From the NCBI GenBank assembly GCA_963828465.1, contig CAWHEU010000027.1, positions 9,309 through 73,308 on the forward strand: a stretch of DNA of 64,000 nucleotides, read 5' to 3'. This DNA comes from an uncultured Acidobacteriota bacterium. Its GTDB lineage: Bacteria; Actinomycetota; Acidimicrobiia; Spongiisociales; ZC4RG35. Shown here piece by piece: positions 21,638-31,327 of this stretch; within the stretch, counting starts at the first letter, position 1, and every line of letters starts with the position of its first letter. The notes beneath the pieces were generated by a model that did not search any database, was not told the origin of the DNA, and worked only from the letters and a program-made list of their open reading frames with translations. A program made the position numbers and the translations under genes.

Positions 21638-21664
21638 TACGAACGCGCTCACCGTAGATCGACC
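21638..21664 (-). promoter_or_regulatory. Putative ECF42 autoregulatory promoter
   Basis: Minus strand GGTCGA-tctacggtgagcgcgtt-CGTA upstream of the DGPF gene, close to the described ECF42 TGTCGA...CG(A/T)C motif. Confidence 0.55.
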
Positions 21665-21690
21665 GGTTCTCAGAGAAATTTCGGGGCCAG

Positions 21691-23133
21691 TCAATCGCCG
21701 ATGTAGGACATGACGTGCTTGATCCGGGTGTAGTCGTGAAGGGCGTAGATGGACAGGTCCTTGCCGTACCCGGATTGCTTGAAACCCCCGTGCGGCATCT
21801 CGGCCACCAGCGGGATATGGGTGTTGATCCAGACCGCTCCGTAATCGAGGTACTTGGCCATGCGCATCGCCCGAGCGTGGTCCTTCGTCCAGACACTGGA
21901 GGCGAGCCCGTACTTGACACCGTTGGCCCAGTCCAGCGCCGCCTGCTCGTCGTCGAAACGCTGGACCGTGATAACCGGGCCAAAGATCTCCTCCTGGCTC
22001 ATCTCGTCCTCCTGGGTCAGCCCGCTGAGAACTGTCGGCTCGAAGAACCAGCCAGATCGGTCGGGACGGGTGCCACCGGTGACGACCTCGATGTGCCCGG
22101 GGGCGCGCTCCAAGAGCCCGCTGACCCGGTCCAGTTGATCCGGGTTGTTGAGCGGCCCGTAGTCGGTGCCATCGTCGTACGGGTCCCCGGTAGTGGTCTC
22201 CTTGGCCCTTTCGGCCAGGGCCGATACGAAGGCGTCGTGGACCCGGCTGCCTACCAACACCCGCGAGGCAGCGGTGCAATCCTGACCAGCGTTGAAAAAG
22301 CCCGCGCCGGCGATGCCTTCGGCGGCAGCTTCGGCATCAGCGTCGTCGAAGACGATGACCGGCGCCTTGCCACCCAGCTCGAGGTGGACTCGCTTCAGAT
22401 CACTCGAGGCGGCGGCCGCCACCTCCTTCCCGGCCCGGATGCTCCCGGTGACCGAGACGAGGGAGGGGATCGGATGGGAGACCAGGGCTCTCCCGGTGTC
22501 TCGATCGCCCGTGATGACATTGAGCACGCCTGGCGGGAGGAACTCGGCTGCCAGCTCGGCCAGCTTCAACGACGACGCCGGGGTGGTGTCCGATGGTTTG
22601 AGGACCACCGTGTTTCCGGCGGCTATCGCAGGGGCGAACTTCCAAACAGCCATCATCAGCGGGTAGTTCCACGGCGCCACCTGGGCGCACACGCCCAAGG
22701 GCTCTCGGCGGATCATGGAGGTGTGATCTCTCATGTACTCCCCCGCCGACAGGCCTTCGAGATGTCGGGCCGCGCCGGCGAAGAAGCGAATCTGGTCGGC
22801 CGCCGGAGGGATCTCCTCGGACAGGGTCAGGCCGTAGGGCTTGCCGGTGTTCTCGACCTCGATCCTGGTCAGCTCCTCGGCATTGGCCTCCAGCGCGTCG
22901 GCAATGCGAAGAAGGGCGAGGCTCCGCTCTGACGGGGTGGCATCACGCCAGCCCGGGAAGGCCTCCGCTGCCGCCTGGCAGGCGGCATCGACGTCGGCCG
23001 CGTTCGAGAGCGGCGCCGTGGCATAGGCCTCGCCGGTGGCCGGGTTTCTCACCGGCATCGTCCCGCCCTCCACGGGTGGCTGGTATTCGCCACCATAGAA
23101 ATTGGCCAGGGTCTCGGTCGCGGCTTGGGTCAT
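21691..23133 (-). CDS. Gamma-aminobutyraldehyde dehydrogenase (PatD/YdcW-like)
   Basis: IRFFAGAAR, PWNYPLMMAVWK, KPSDTTP, LELGGKAP, NAGQDCTAA, EIFGPV, AEMPHGGFKQSGYGKDLS. Confidence 0.85.
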   Translation of the reverse strand: MTQAATETLANFYGGEYQPPVEGGTMPVRNPATGEAYATAPLSNAADVDAACQAAAEAFPGWRDATPSERSLALLRIADALEANAEELTRIEVENTGKPYGLTLSEEIPPAADQIRFFAGAARHLEGLSAGEYMRDHTSMIRREPLGVCAQVAPWNYPLMMAVWKFAPAIAAGNTVVLKPSDTTPASSLKLAELAAEFLPPGVLNVITGDRDTGRALVSHPIPSLVSVTGSIRAGKEVAAAASSDLKRVHLELGGKAPVIVFDDADAEAAAEGIAGAGFFNAGQDCTAASRVLVGSRVHDAFVSALAERAKETTTGDPYDDGTDYGPLNNPDQLDRVSGLLERAPGHIEVVTGGTRPDRSGWFFEPTVLSGLTQEDEMSQEEIFGPVITVQRFDDEQAALDWANGVKYGLASSVWTKDHARAMRMAKYLDYGAVWINTHIPLVAEMPHGGFKQSGYGKDLSIYALHDYTRIKHVMSYIGD

Positions 23134-23221
23134 GAGACTCCTTCGGAACGGGGGCGGAGCGAAACGATACCGATCGACCTCATGGCCCGGCGGGCGGAAA
23201 TGCCCACCGCCGGAGCCTGGC

Positions 23222-24566
23222 TCAGGTGGTCACCCGGTAGATCTCCCAGGTCCCGGGCACCCCTTTCAAGTCATGCCGGCCTCGCGATGTGAAGTCGAAC
23301 GCCGATCCAATGACCATGTCGCGCACAGTCTGCGACACGACGACCTCACCGGGGCTGGCGAGTGCGGAGACGCGGGCACCGATGTGGACTGCCATCCCGG
23401 TGACGTCTCCGGCTCTCGAACACGACCTCGCCGCTGTGAAGACCGACACGGACTTCGAGGCCTGCGCGTCCGGCTGGCTTCGCACATCGCCAACGGCGCA
23501 CTGGATCGCGGGTGTCGGGGCTGTCGAAGACGATGAGGAAGCCGTCCCCGGCGGTGTTCATCTCCCTACCGCCGTGATCGAGTCGAAGCAGGCGGCGGGC
23601 CTCGGCCCGATGACTCTCCAGCAGACCGCTCCACAGCGCGATCACCGACTCGCGGCGGCGCGCTCGGTCGACCCGACCACGTCGCTGAAGAGGACGGTGG
23701 CCACCCGCCGGTCGACTGCCCTGCCCACCCTGGTGCCAACGAGGAACTCCTCGATCTCGTCCATGAGACCGTCCACGTCGCCGAGGAAGCCCGGTGTCTC
23801 GTCGCCCGGCACTTCGACGTACTGGCCGTTGGGCAGATGCTCCGCCAGCCAGCGCATGCCCTCGGCCGGGATGAAGGGAGCATCCTTCCTGTGCAGTAGT
23901 AGGGCGGGGGCGGTCACCGACGACAGCAGCGGGCGCAAGTCGATCTCCAACATTCGTCGCATCAGACCGGCCGCCATGCTGGGAGTGGCCGACATCCGCT
24001 CCAGCTTGCGAAACCAGCTGACGATCCGCTCATCCTCCGTCACCGAAGGGGCGATGAGCGGAAGGAGGATGGCTTGGCCCCACATGCCCTGTTCGATCAC
24101 TCCGGCCACCGTCTCGAACGTCTCGGGGTCGGGGCCCCAGGGATGGTCCTCATCGGGGGTCGAGGTGGCGAGCACCTCGCCCAACACAAGCGCGGACACC
24201 CGCTGTGGGTGCATGGCCGCCACGGTCATCGCGATCGCCGCGGCATCGGTCCAGCCCACGAGAGCAGCCCGCTCCATGCCGACGGCGTCCATGACCGCCA
24301 GAACGTCGGGCACCATCTCGTCGGTGCTGGCCTCGATCGAGGGCCGGTCGGAGAGACCGGTCCCCCGCTTGTCGAACAGTGCGACCCGTCCCATCGCCGG
24401 CGTAGCGCTCCAGAAATCGCCGGCATTCGGGCAACTCCCAGAGGACCTCGAGATGGGAGACCCATCCGATCATCACCAGGATGTCGAGCGGCCCCTCTCC
24501 GAAGACCTGATAGGCGAGGTCGACGTTCCCGGAGCGGGTGAATTTGACCTCGGGGACGAGCGACAC
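23222..24566 (-). CDS. Alpha/beta-hydrolase-fold plus class III nucleotide cyclase fusion, LipJ/Rv1900c-like (multiple frameshifts)
   Basis: [22 protein letters not shown] in the N-half; [44 protein letters not shown] in the C-half. Confidence 0.8.
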
Positions 24567-24577
24567 TGCCGCCGAGC

Positions 24578-25529
24578 CTAACTATGGGGTGTGATCAGCC
24601 CTCGCTCGAGCAAACGCTCGAAATGGCGAATGGTCGAATCCACACCGACCTCGAGCGGTGTCTCGGGGACGACGCCGATGATGGACTTCGATGTCGTCGG
24701 CTGCAGGCTGGGGAGGGAAAGGGAGAGGCGTCTCGTCAAAGGTGATCGACCCAGCCGACCCCGGCGCCGCCGCCTCGATGCAGGAGACGATCGTCGCCAT
24801 GTCGATGGCGGGGGTGGGGAGGTTGAGCACGACCGCCCCCTGGTAGCCCGAATCCGCCGCCGCCACCAGGACACGGGCGATGTCCTGACCGTGCTGCATC
24901 TGAAGGGACCCGCCGAACCCGATGTGATAGGGACGGCCGGCTGCGGCGTGAAGCATGGCCTTGGTCGGGCCCGAAGTGAGCCCCTGGTCCCGCCCCACGC
25001 CGTAGCCGGTGTGCGGGCGGATCCCGATCGAGGCCACACCCTCGTCATTCCACATCCGATAGGCGGTGCCTTCGTTGGCCTTCTTGAAGATCCCGTACAT
25101 GGTCGAGGGCGGTAGATCGCCTCCATCCGGGCTCAGGGCGGCGACCGAACTGGCGTACACCACCGGAGCACGGAGTCCGGCGTCACGGGCGGCGACCAGC
25201 ACATTCGTGGTCCCGACGACATTCACCAGGGCCCCCAGCGACGGGTTGGCGGCACATGCCGGCACCTGGAGGGCAGCGAGATGGATGACGGCACCGATCG
25301 GGTGATCCGCTAGCACCCGACTCATGGTCTCGGGAACGGTGATGTCCCCGACGAGTCCTCGGTGACCAGGTCTGTCGTCATCGTCCTCGAGGACCTGAGC
25401 CAGCCGCGCCCGGTCCGGGTCCTGATCGAGGGCCACCACGTTCCGCCTCGCCGCGAGGAGAGTCTTCACCACCCAGGCGCCGATGAAACCCCGCGCCCCG
25501 GTGACCACCACCGCATCTCGATCGCTCAT
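24578..25529 (-). CDS. NAD-dependent epimerase/dehydratase (extended SDR; frameshift near 24690)
   Basis: VTGARGFIG, HLAALQVP, VNVVGT, YASS, YGIFK, YGVGRDQG; C-terminus continues in ORF 24578..25126. Confidence 0.83.
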
Positions 25530-25578
25530 GCCGCGATGCTAAGTGGGCTGGAAGTCTCGGTCGGATAGGCTCGCCCGA

Positions 25579-26077
25579 ATGGCGGTGACACTGTCTCCCA
25601 AAGGGACCCGGGGCACCGAGATACCCGGCTTCGCCAAGGCCTTGATGAAGGCCGGGGCGGGTCTGGGCAATCTCATCTTCAACATGATGGGCGATCGCAT
25701 GAAGATGCAAGGCCAGCCGCTCGTCTTGCTGACCACGGTGGGTGCCAAGAGCGGGAAGCAGAGGCAGGCGTTGCTCGGCCGGTTCGACGACACGGAGCAT
25801 CCCGGAGCCTGGCTCGTGGTCGGCTCCAACGGTGGGCGCGGCCCGGCACCCGGGCTGGTGTCACAACCTCGTCGCAAATCCTGATCAGGCTTGGGCGACA
25901 GTCGACAAGAAAAAGACCAGGGTCCGGGCGGATTCGGTCGAGGGGCGTGAATACCAGGTGGCGTGGGACCGGATCGTCTCGCTGGCTCCCGGATACGGGT
26001 CCTACCTGGAGAAGACCGACCGCCACATCCCGATCATCCGTCTCACGCCGGTGGGCGATCAGCCGGGACAGGTGTAA
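25579..26077 (+). CDS. Deazaflavin (F420H2)-dependent oxidoreductase, Ddn/nitroreductase family (frameshift near 25840)
   Basis: LVLLTTVGAKSGKQR, VVGSNGG, HPGWCHNLVANP, YGSYLEKTDRHIPIIRL. Confidence 0.85.
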
Positions 26078-26121
26078 GCAAGACGGCTGATCCGGGCACA
26101 TAACATGCCAGAAAGGCAGAT

Positions 26122-26675
26122 GTGTCCGACCGAAGTGCCGTCGAGCTGACCGAGAACCCAAGCGTTCGCTTCGACCAGCTGTTCGACTCCAACTACAACG
26201 CCATCTTCCGGTATTGCGCCCGCCGTCTCGGCCCCACGGATGCCGAAGATGCCGCTGCCGATGTGTTCGCCGTTGCCTGGCGCCGCATCGAAGACATGCC
26301 GGAAGGTGACGCCAGGAAGGCATGGCTGTTCGGTGTCGCTCATCGAGTGGTGGGGAGTCAGTACCGAAGTCGACGACGCCGCTCCAACCTGTCGACTCGT
26401 TTGGAGCAGACCACCACTCACGAGCCCCACACGACCTCGGGCGGCGAGTTCGATGACCTGCTCTCCGCCCTCGACAGCTGAGCAGAACCGACCAAGAGTT
26501 GCTCCGGCTTTCCTCCTGGGACGGTCTGAGCCGAGCGGAGATCGCCCAGGTCCTCGGCATCAAGGAGAACGCGGTCGACCAGCGGCTGCACCGGGCACGG
26601 GCTCGATTGAAGGTCAGATTCGACCGCCTCAACAACGAGGCGTCATCACTCACTCACAAGGAGACCCCCGCATGA
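26122..26675 (+). CDS. ECF sigma-70 factor (frameshift near 26478)
   Basis: IFRYCARRL, DAEDAAADVFAVAWRR, AWLFGVA; the shifted frame continues DQELLRLSSWDGLSRAEIAQVLGIKENAVDQRLHRARARL to TGA at 26675. Confidence 0.85.
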
Positions 26676-28513
26676 TCGAGCTACTCGAGCGCGCCGATCC
26701 GGCCAAGGATCTGCGATGCGGACACGAGTCGGCTCCGGGGCAAGGTCGACGAGCGCATCGGCCTTTCCGCGTCCACTGAGTCCGTCTATAGCCCGGATGA
26801 GGAGACCATGGTTGATCGCTGTCGCCTCATTTGCCGCGGTGGTCGCGGTCGCCGTCCCGGTGGCGCTCCTCACCGATCCTCCATCGGTTTTCGCCCCCAA
26901 TCTCGATGGCCTCGATGCGCATCCTGGCGTTCAAGCGGCAGTACCGCTGGCATCAGGCGGTCTTCAGGCGATGGACGCCGAGGGCGACACGATCTGGGTG
27001 ATGACCACCCTGCAGAACCTCCTCCAAGAGGTGTCTGCTCAGTCCGGAGACATCGAGGCGACCTATCCCATCGACGCCCGCGTCGAGGGCGTGGTCGTCG
27101 GCGGCGGTCGACTCTGGCTGACCAGCCCTGACAACGGCGGCTCAGGTGCTTCGCTTCGACCCCGAGGCCGGCGCCGTCGATCTGATCATCCCAATCGGGG
27201 GAGCTGCCCGGGTGGGCCAACTGGCTCGGGGACAGCCTTTGGGTCGGCAAGGTTCAGGGTGAAGTGATTCGGATCTCCTCCGAGGGTGAGATCCTCGCCA
27301 CGCTTCCCGGCGAGCTCGATCGGCGGCGAGGGGTTGGGTTATCTCTGGGTCAACGACCCTGGCACCGACCTGATCTCCAGCTTGTCCGAGAATGGGCAGC
27401 TCGGCGACATGGTGATACCGACCGAACGGGGTTTGGAGACCATGAGCGGATCGGGAATTCGCCAGGTCGCGGAAGCGGAAGGCCGCCTCTTCCTGCTGGA
27501 TGGCGACCATCCCTGGGGGACCAACCTGAATGTCTACGACCCGACTTCGGGCGAGTTTGGAGCGTTCGCGGGCCTCACTTTCGGGCTTCTCGACCTGATC
27601 GAATTCGATGGCGATCTGTGGGTCACTTCCAGCAGCGATCATCGTGTTGATCCGGATCGACCCGACGAGCGGGGAGCAGCACAGGTACCCGTTGCCCGGC
27701 AAGCCTGGCGGTCTGGTGGTGGCCGATGACGCGTTGTGGGTCACTCTCTATCAGCCTGGAGCTCTGATTCGGCTCGACACCAGCGCCGACCTCATCGAGT
27801 CGAGCCCCATCGTGGTGGACGACTGGAATCGGTTCCCACATCGGCTGCTCTGCACCGGCCCCGCGCGACGCCGGGGGACCAACGATCATCCTCCAACCTT
27901 CAGACTGGATCGACTACGGGTCATGGTCTGTCATCCAGGCCGAGCTATCAGGCGAGGGCTACGTCGTCTGCTCCAACGGCTACGTGGAGGGTGAGACCAC
28001 ACCAGCGACAGCAGGCTGCCGATCTCGAACAGGCTCTGAGCCAGGCCGGAATCTCCGGGCCCTATGTGTTGGCCGCTGCGGTCGACGGGGTGCATGCGGC
28101 CCGTCTCTTTGCCGATGGGCGTGACGATATTGCCGGCATGGTGCTGGTCGACCCGATGCCGGTCGGGTTCCAGGACTTCTACGACGATCTCCTCCCGGAC
28201 CTGGCAGGCCACCCACCGTGGCTCGATCTGGATGCCGAGGTCTCCCAATCTCTCGATGGCTTCGGGAATGTGCCTTTGATCGTGGTCGAACAGGATCCGG
28301 ACTCGGTGTTCCAATCCGGCCAGTTCGTCGAATGGAGTTGGGCCTGAGGCCGCCGAAGCGGTGAACACCTACTGGCAGGACGGGTTGGCCTTCTACGCCG
28401 CGCTCTCGACCGACTCGCGCTCCGTCATCGCCAACGAGTCAGGGCTCGACATGGTGATCTGGGACCACCCCGACCTCGTGATCGAACAGATCCTCGATCT
28501 GCTCAGACGCTGA
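26672..28513 (+). CDS. Membrane-anchored putative anti-sigma/sensor: TM helix, beta-propeller-like repeats, degenerate alpha/beta-hydrolase domain (many frameshifts)
   Basis: ATGA-coupled to the sigma gene; MIELLERADPA start; TM PWLIAVASFAAVVAVAVPVALL; blade-like repeats TIWVM, RLWLT, YLWVN, DLWVT, ALWVT; C-terminal GPYVLAAAVDGV...GMVLVDP...PDLVIEQILDLL. Reconstructed from several ORF fragments. Confidence 0.6.
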
Positions 28514-29686
28514 GGCTCTGCGCCGGCACTTTCTTCTGCGGGTCGACGAAGGGCAGAGCTCGCGGCGACAGCGGTCAGCTCCTCCCCGTCCTCGGTCACG
28601 ACATCGACCCGAGTGCCCGGCGCCGAGAGCCCGATCGGGACCCACATGTACCCGATGTTCTGCTCCATGCCCGGGCGACCAAACTGCGTCGGTGACCCGG
28701 CCCACCTCGACATCCCCCGAGAGCACCGGCCACGGCTGGGACAGTTCGGCCCGCAGCTGGTCGCCTTCGAGGAACATGCCCACCAGCTTGCGATCGACCC
28801 CGTTCTCACGGATGCTCTCCAACGCCGCCTTCCCCAGGTAATCCTGATCCTGTATCTCGACCAGACGCTCCATGCCACTGACATGGAACGGCGTGTCATC
28901 GAGGGTCATGTCCGACCCGTAATTGAAGATCCCGGCCTCGATGCGACGCGGCCTCGCATGGGCGCAATCGGGCGGATGTCGAACTCCTCGCCGGCGGCTG
29001 CCACCGCGTCCCAGATGGCGGCGCCGTCTCCCCGGTCGAGGACATTGATCTCGAACCCGGGAATGGCGGTCCAACCAGTCCGGCTGATCACGACCGGGAT
29101 CCCGTCGATCTCGAATTCGCCCAGCCAGTAGTACTTGATGTCGTAGATGCCGGACCCCGACCAGCTTCTCCAGCGTCTTGGCTGCCAGCGGTCCCTGCAC
29201 CTGCATCGGGTGCACGTCCGGCAAGGTGACCTCCGCATCGAAACGGCCGGCGGCCACGCCCAAGGCATACAGCCCGGCATCCGAGTCGGCCAGCTGCATC
29301 CACCAACGGTTCTCGCCGACGTGAAGCAGGACCGGGTCGTTCACGATCCCGCCGTCGGGGGCGATGACCGGCATGTACTTCCCCTGGCCGACCGCGCACT
29401 TTGTCAGGTCCCGGCAGGTGATGTAGTCGATCAGCCGGTCGGCATCTTTCCCGCTTACTTCGACCGTTCGCTCCACACCCACATCCCACATCGTCACCCC
29501 GTTGACGAGGGCCCAGTACTCGACGTCGGGGTCGTCGTAATAAGCGGGCAGGTACATGTGGTTGTAGATGTCGAAGGAGGTGCAACCCGCGGCCAGGGTC
29601 GACTCGAAGAAGGGTGATCTTCGGTACCAGGGCCCGAAATAGAGAGTGGTGCTCTTCTCCAGCATCTCGCGACGTTCGTTGGCCAC
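28503..29686 (-). CDS. GcvT-family THF-dependent methyltransferase, DmdA-like (several frameshifts)
   Basis: DIYNHMYLP, WDVGVERTVEVSGKDA, TCRDL, GGIVNDPVLL, WWMQLADSD, MQVQGP, ISRTGWT, RRIEAGIFNYGSD, LPFVDP. Confidence 0.8.
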
Positions 29687-29705
29687 CGATGTCCTCCTCG
29701 AATCC

Positions 29706-29719
29706 TGAACGGTGGTTCA
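29706..29719. promoter_or_regulatory. Candidate operator upstream of the DmdA-like gene
   Basis: TGAAC-ggtg-GTTCA, lying between a minus-strand TAGGGT -10-like hexamer and an AGGAGG RBS. Confidence 0.4.
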
Positions 29720-29757
29720 ACCCTAGGGGAGCGCGTTGCCGGCTTGCCCGGCGACCC

Positions 29758-30504
29758 TCACACCGTGTCGGAGCGACTGGAGAAACGGGCCGCGGCGTCC
29801 ATCACGAGCGTGGCTATGGAGTCTGCTCTTCCCCGAACTGGAAACCTGTAGGCCGGCCCGTGGACGTGGATGGCACCGAGGACACGGGTTCCGTCCGCCA
29901 GGACAGGAGCCGCCACCGAGTTGATCCCCTCGGCGAACTCCTCATGGATCCAGCAGTGGCCCGAGACCCTGATCGCCTCCAGCCTGTCCCGGATCTCGCC
30001 GGCATCGACCACCGTGTGCGTCGTATAAGCCTCCAACGGCCGGCTCAGGTAGCGATCGACCTCCTCGGCCGGCCATTGCGCCATCACACAGAGGCCCGAA
30101 GGGCCGATGTGCATCGGCACCATCAGACCGGTGTAGTCACGGACCTGGACGGGGTTGGGGCTCTCCACCTGCACCATGTACTGGATGGTGTATCCGGTCG
30201 GGATGCTGAAGCCGGCGGCCTCACCGAGCTGATCGGACAGCCAGACCAGATGTGGGCGGACCGCGGTGGCGAGCGCAGCGGTGGCATCGATCGCGCCGGC
30301 AAGCTCGACCAGCCCGATGCCAATCGCATACGACGTGCCGTCAGGTCCCCTGGTCACGGCGCCCTGGTCTTCGAGGCTCGACAGCATCCTGGCCACGGTG
30401 GACTTGGGCAGACCGACCCGTGAGGCGAGCTCGGTCACCCCCGAGGGCTCGACGGCCAACGCCTTGAGCACCTGGAATGCGCGGTCGATCGACTGCACCG
30501 CCAT
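29758..30504 (-). CDS. IclR-family transcriptional regulator
   Basis: VQSIDRAFQVL, GLPKSTVARML, EEFAEGINSVAAPV, GAIHVHGPAYRF; TGATG coupling to metF. Confidence 0.92.
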   Translation of the reverse strand: MAVQSIDRAFQVLKALAVEPSGVTELASRVGLPKSTVARMLSSLEDQGAVTRGPDGTSYAIGIGLVELAGAIDATAALATAVRPHLVWLSDQLGEAAGFSIPTGYTIQYMVQVESPNPVQVRDYTGLMVPMHIGPSGLCVMAQWPAEEVDRYLSRPLEAYTTHTVVDAGEIRDRLEAIRVSGHCWIHEEFAEGINSVAAPVLADGTRVLGAIHVHGPAYRFPVRGRADSIATLVMDAAARFSSRSDTV

Positions 30505-31325
30505 CAGGTCACCCTCGACAGCGCTTCGCGATGCCAATCCACGGTGGGCTCGACCTGGTTGAAGGTGAAGATATGGATTCCGGTCATCCTGAGGCCCTCG
30601 CCGCGGCGGGCGAGCGGTTCGACGATCCTGTCGGGCTGGTACCGGCCCGGACGCAGCATTCTCAGGATCGAGCCACGGTTCTTGGCCAGGAACCTCATCG
30701 AATCACCCACGCCGATTCGAGCCCCGATGGTGAGGAGGCGGGCGGGATCGACCGCACCGGGCACGCCAACCTTTATGGGAAGTGTCACGCCATCGGCCCG
30801 GATGGAGGCGATCCAATCAACGATCGTCTCCGGGCTGAAGCACATCTGGGTGACGACATAAGTGGCGAGCGCCTCCTTCTCCAGCAGCGACTGGCGGAGG
30901 CGGTCGGGTGAGATGAGAGGGTGGCCCTCCGGATACCCGGTGATCCCGACTTCGAGAAACGGATGACCGACGGCCGCCATGTCCTCGAGCAGCGAGAGCG
31001 CGTCGTAATAGTCGCCGTGTGGCTGTCCATCGCCCCCGGTGACGAAGACCTGTCCCACCCCTCCATCGTCGAGACGCTTGATGATCGAAGCCAGCTCGCG
31101 GCGGTTCTCGATTGTCCTGGCCGACATATGGGGGACCGCCCGAAGACCTCGGGCCTGGAGCTCGATGGCCAGATCCAGGGTGGGGCTCATCCCCCGGGTG
31201 GGCGAGGCGGTCACGGAGACCGTCGAGCCCGGCTCGATCGACGAGGTCTTCTCCAGCACTCCCTCGAGGGGGATCACCTCGAAGTCGGCCCCGGTGAGGA
31301 GAGCTCTCTCCAGGACGTCACTCAT
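30504..31325 (-). CDS. metF: Methylenetetrahydrofolate reductase family protein
   Basis: VPHMSAR, VFVTGGD, GITGYPEGHP, VTQMCF, GIHIFTFN. Confidence 0.85.
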   Translation of the reverse strand: MSDVLERALLTGADFEVIPLEGVLEKTSSIEPGSTVSVTASPTRGMSPTLDLAIELQARGLRAVPHMSARTIENRRELASIIKRLDDGGVGQVFVTGGDGQPHGDYYDALSLLEDMAAVGHPFLEVGITGYPEGHPLISPDRLRQSLLEKEALATYVVTQMCFSPETIVDWIASIRADGVTLPIKVGVPGAVDPARLLTIGARIGVGDSMRFLAKNRGSILRMLRPGRYQPDRIVEPLARRGEGLRMTGIHIFTFNQVEPTVDWHREALSRVT

Positions 31326-31327
31326 GC

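Noticed and set aside
23289-24581. 430-aa uninterrupted plus-strand ORF over the broken cyclase gene
   Set aside because: Ser/Thr/Arg-rich shadow frame; the motif-bearing protein is on the minus strand.
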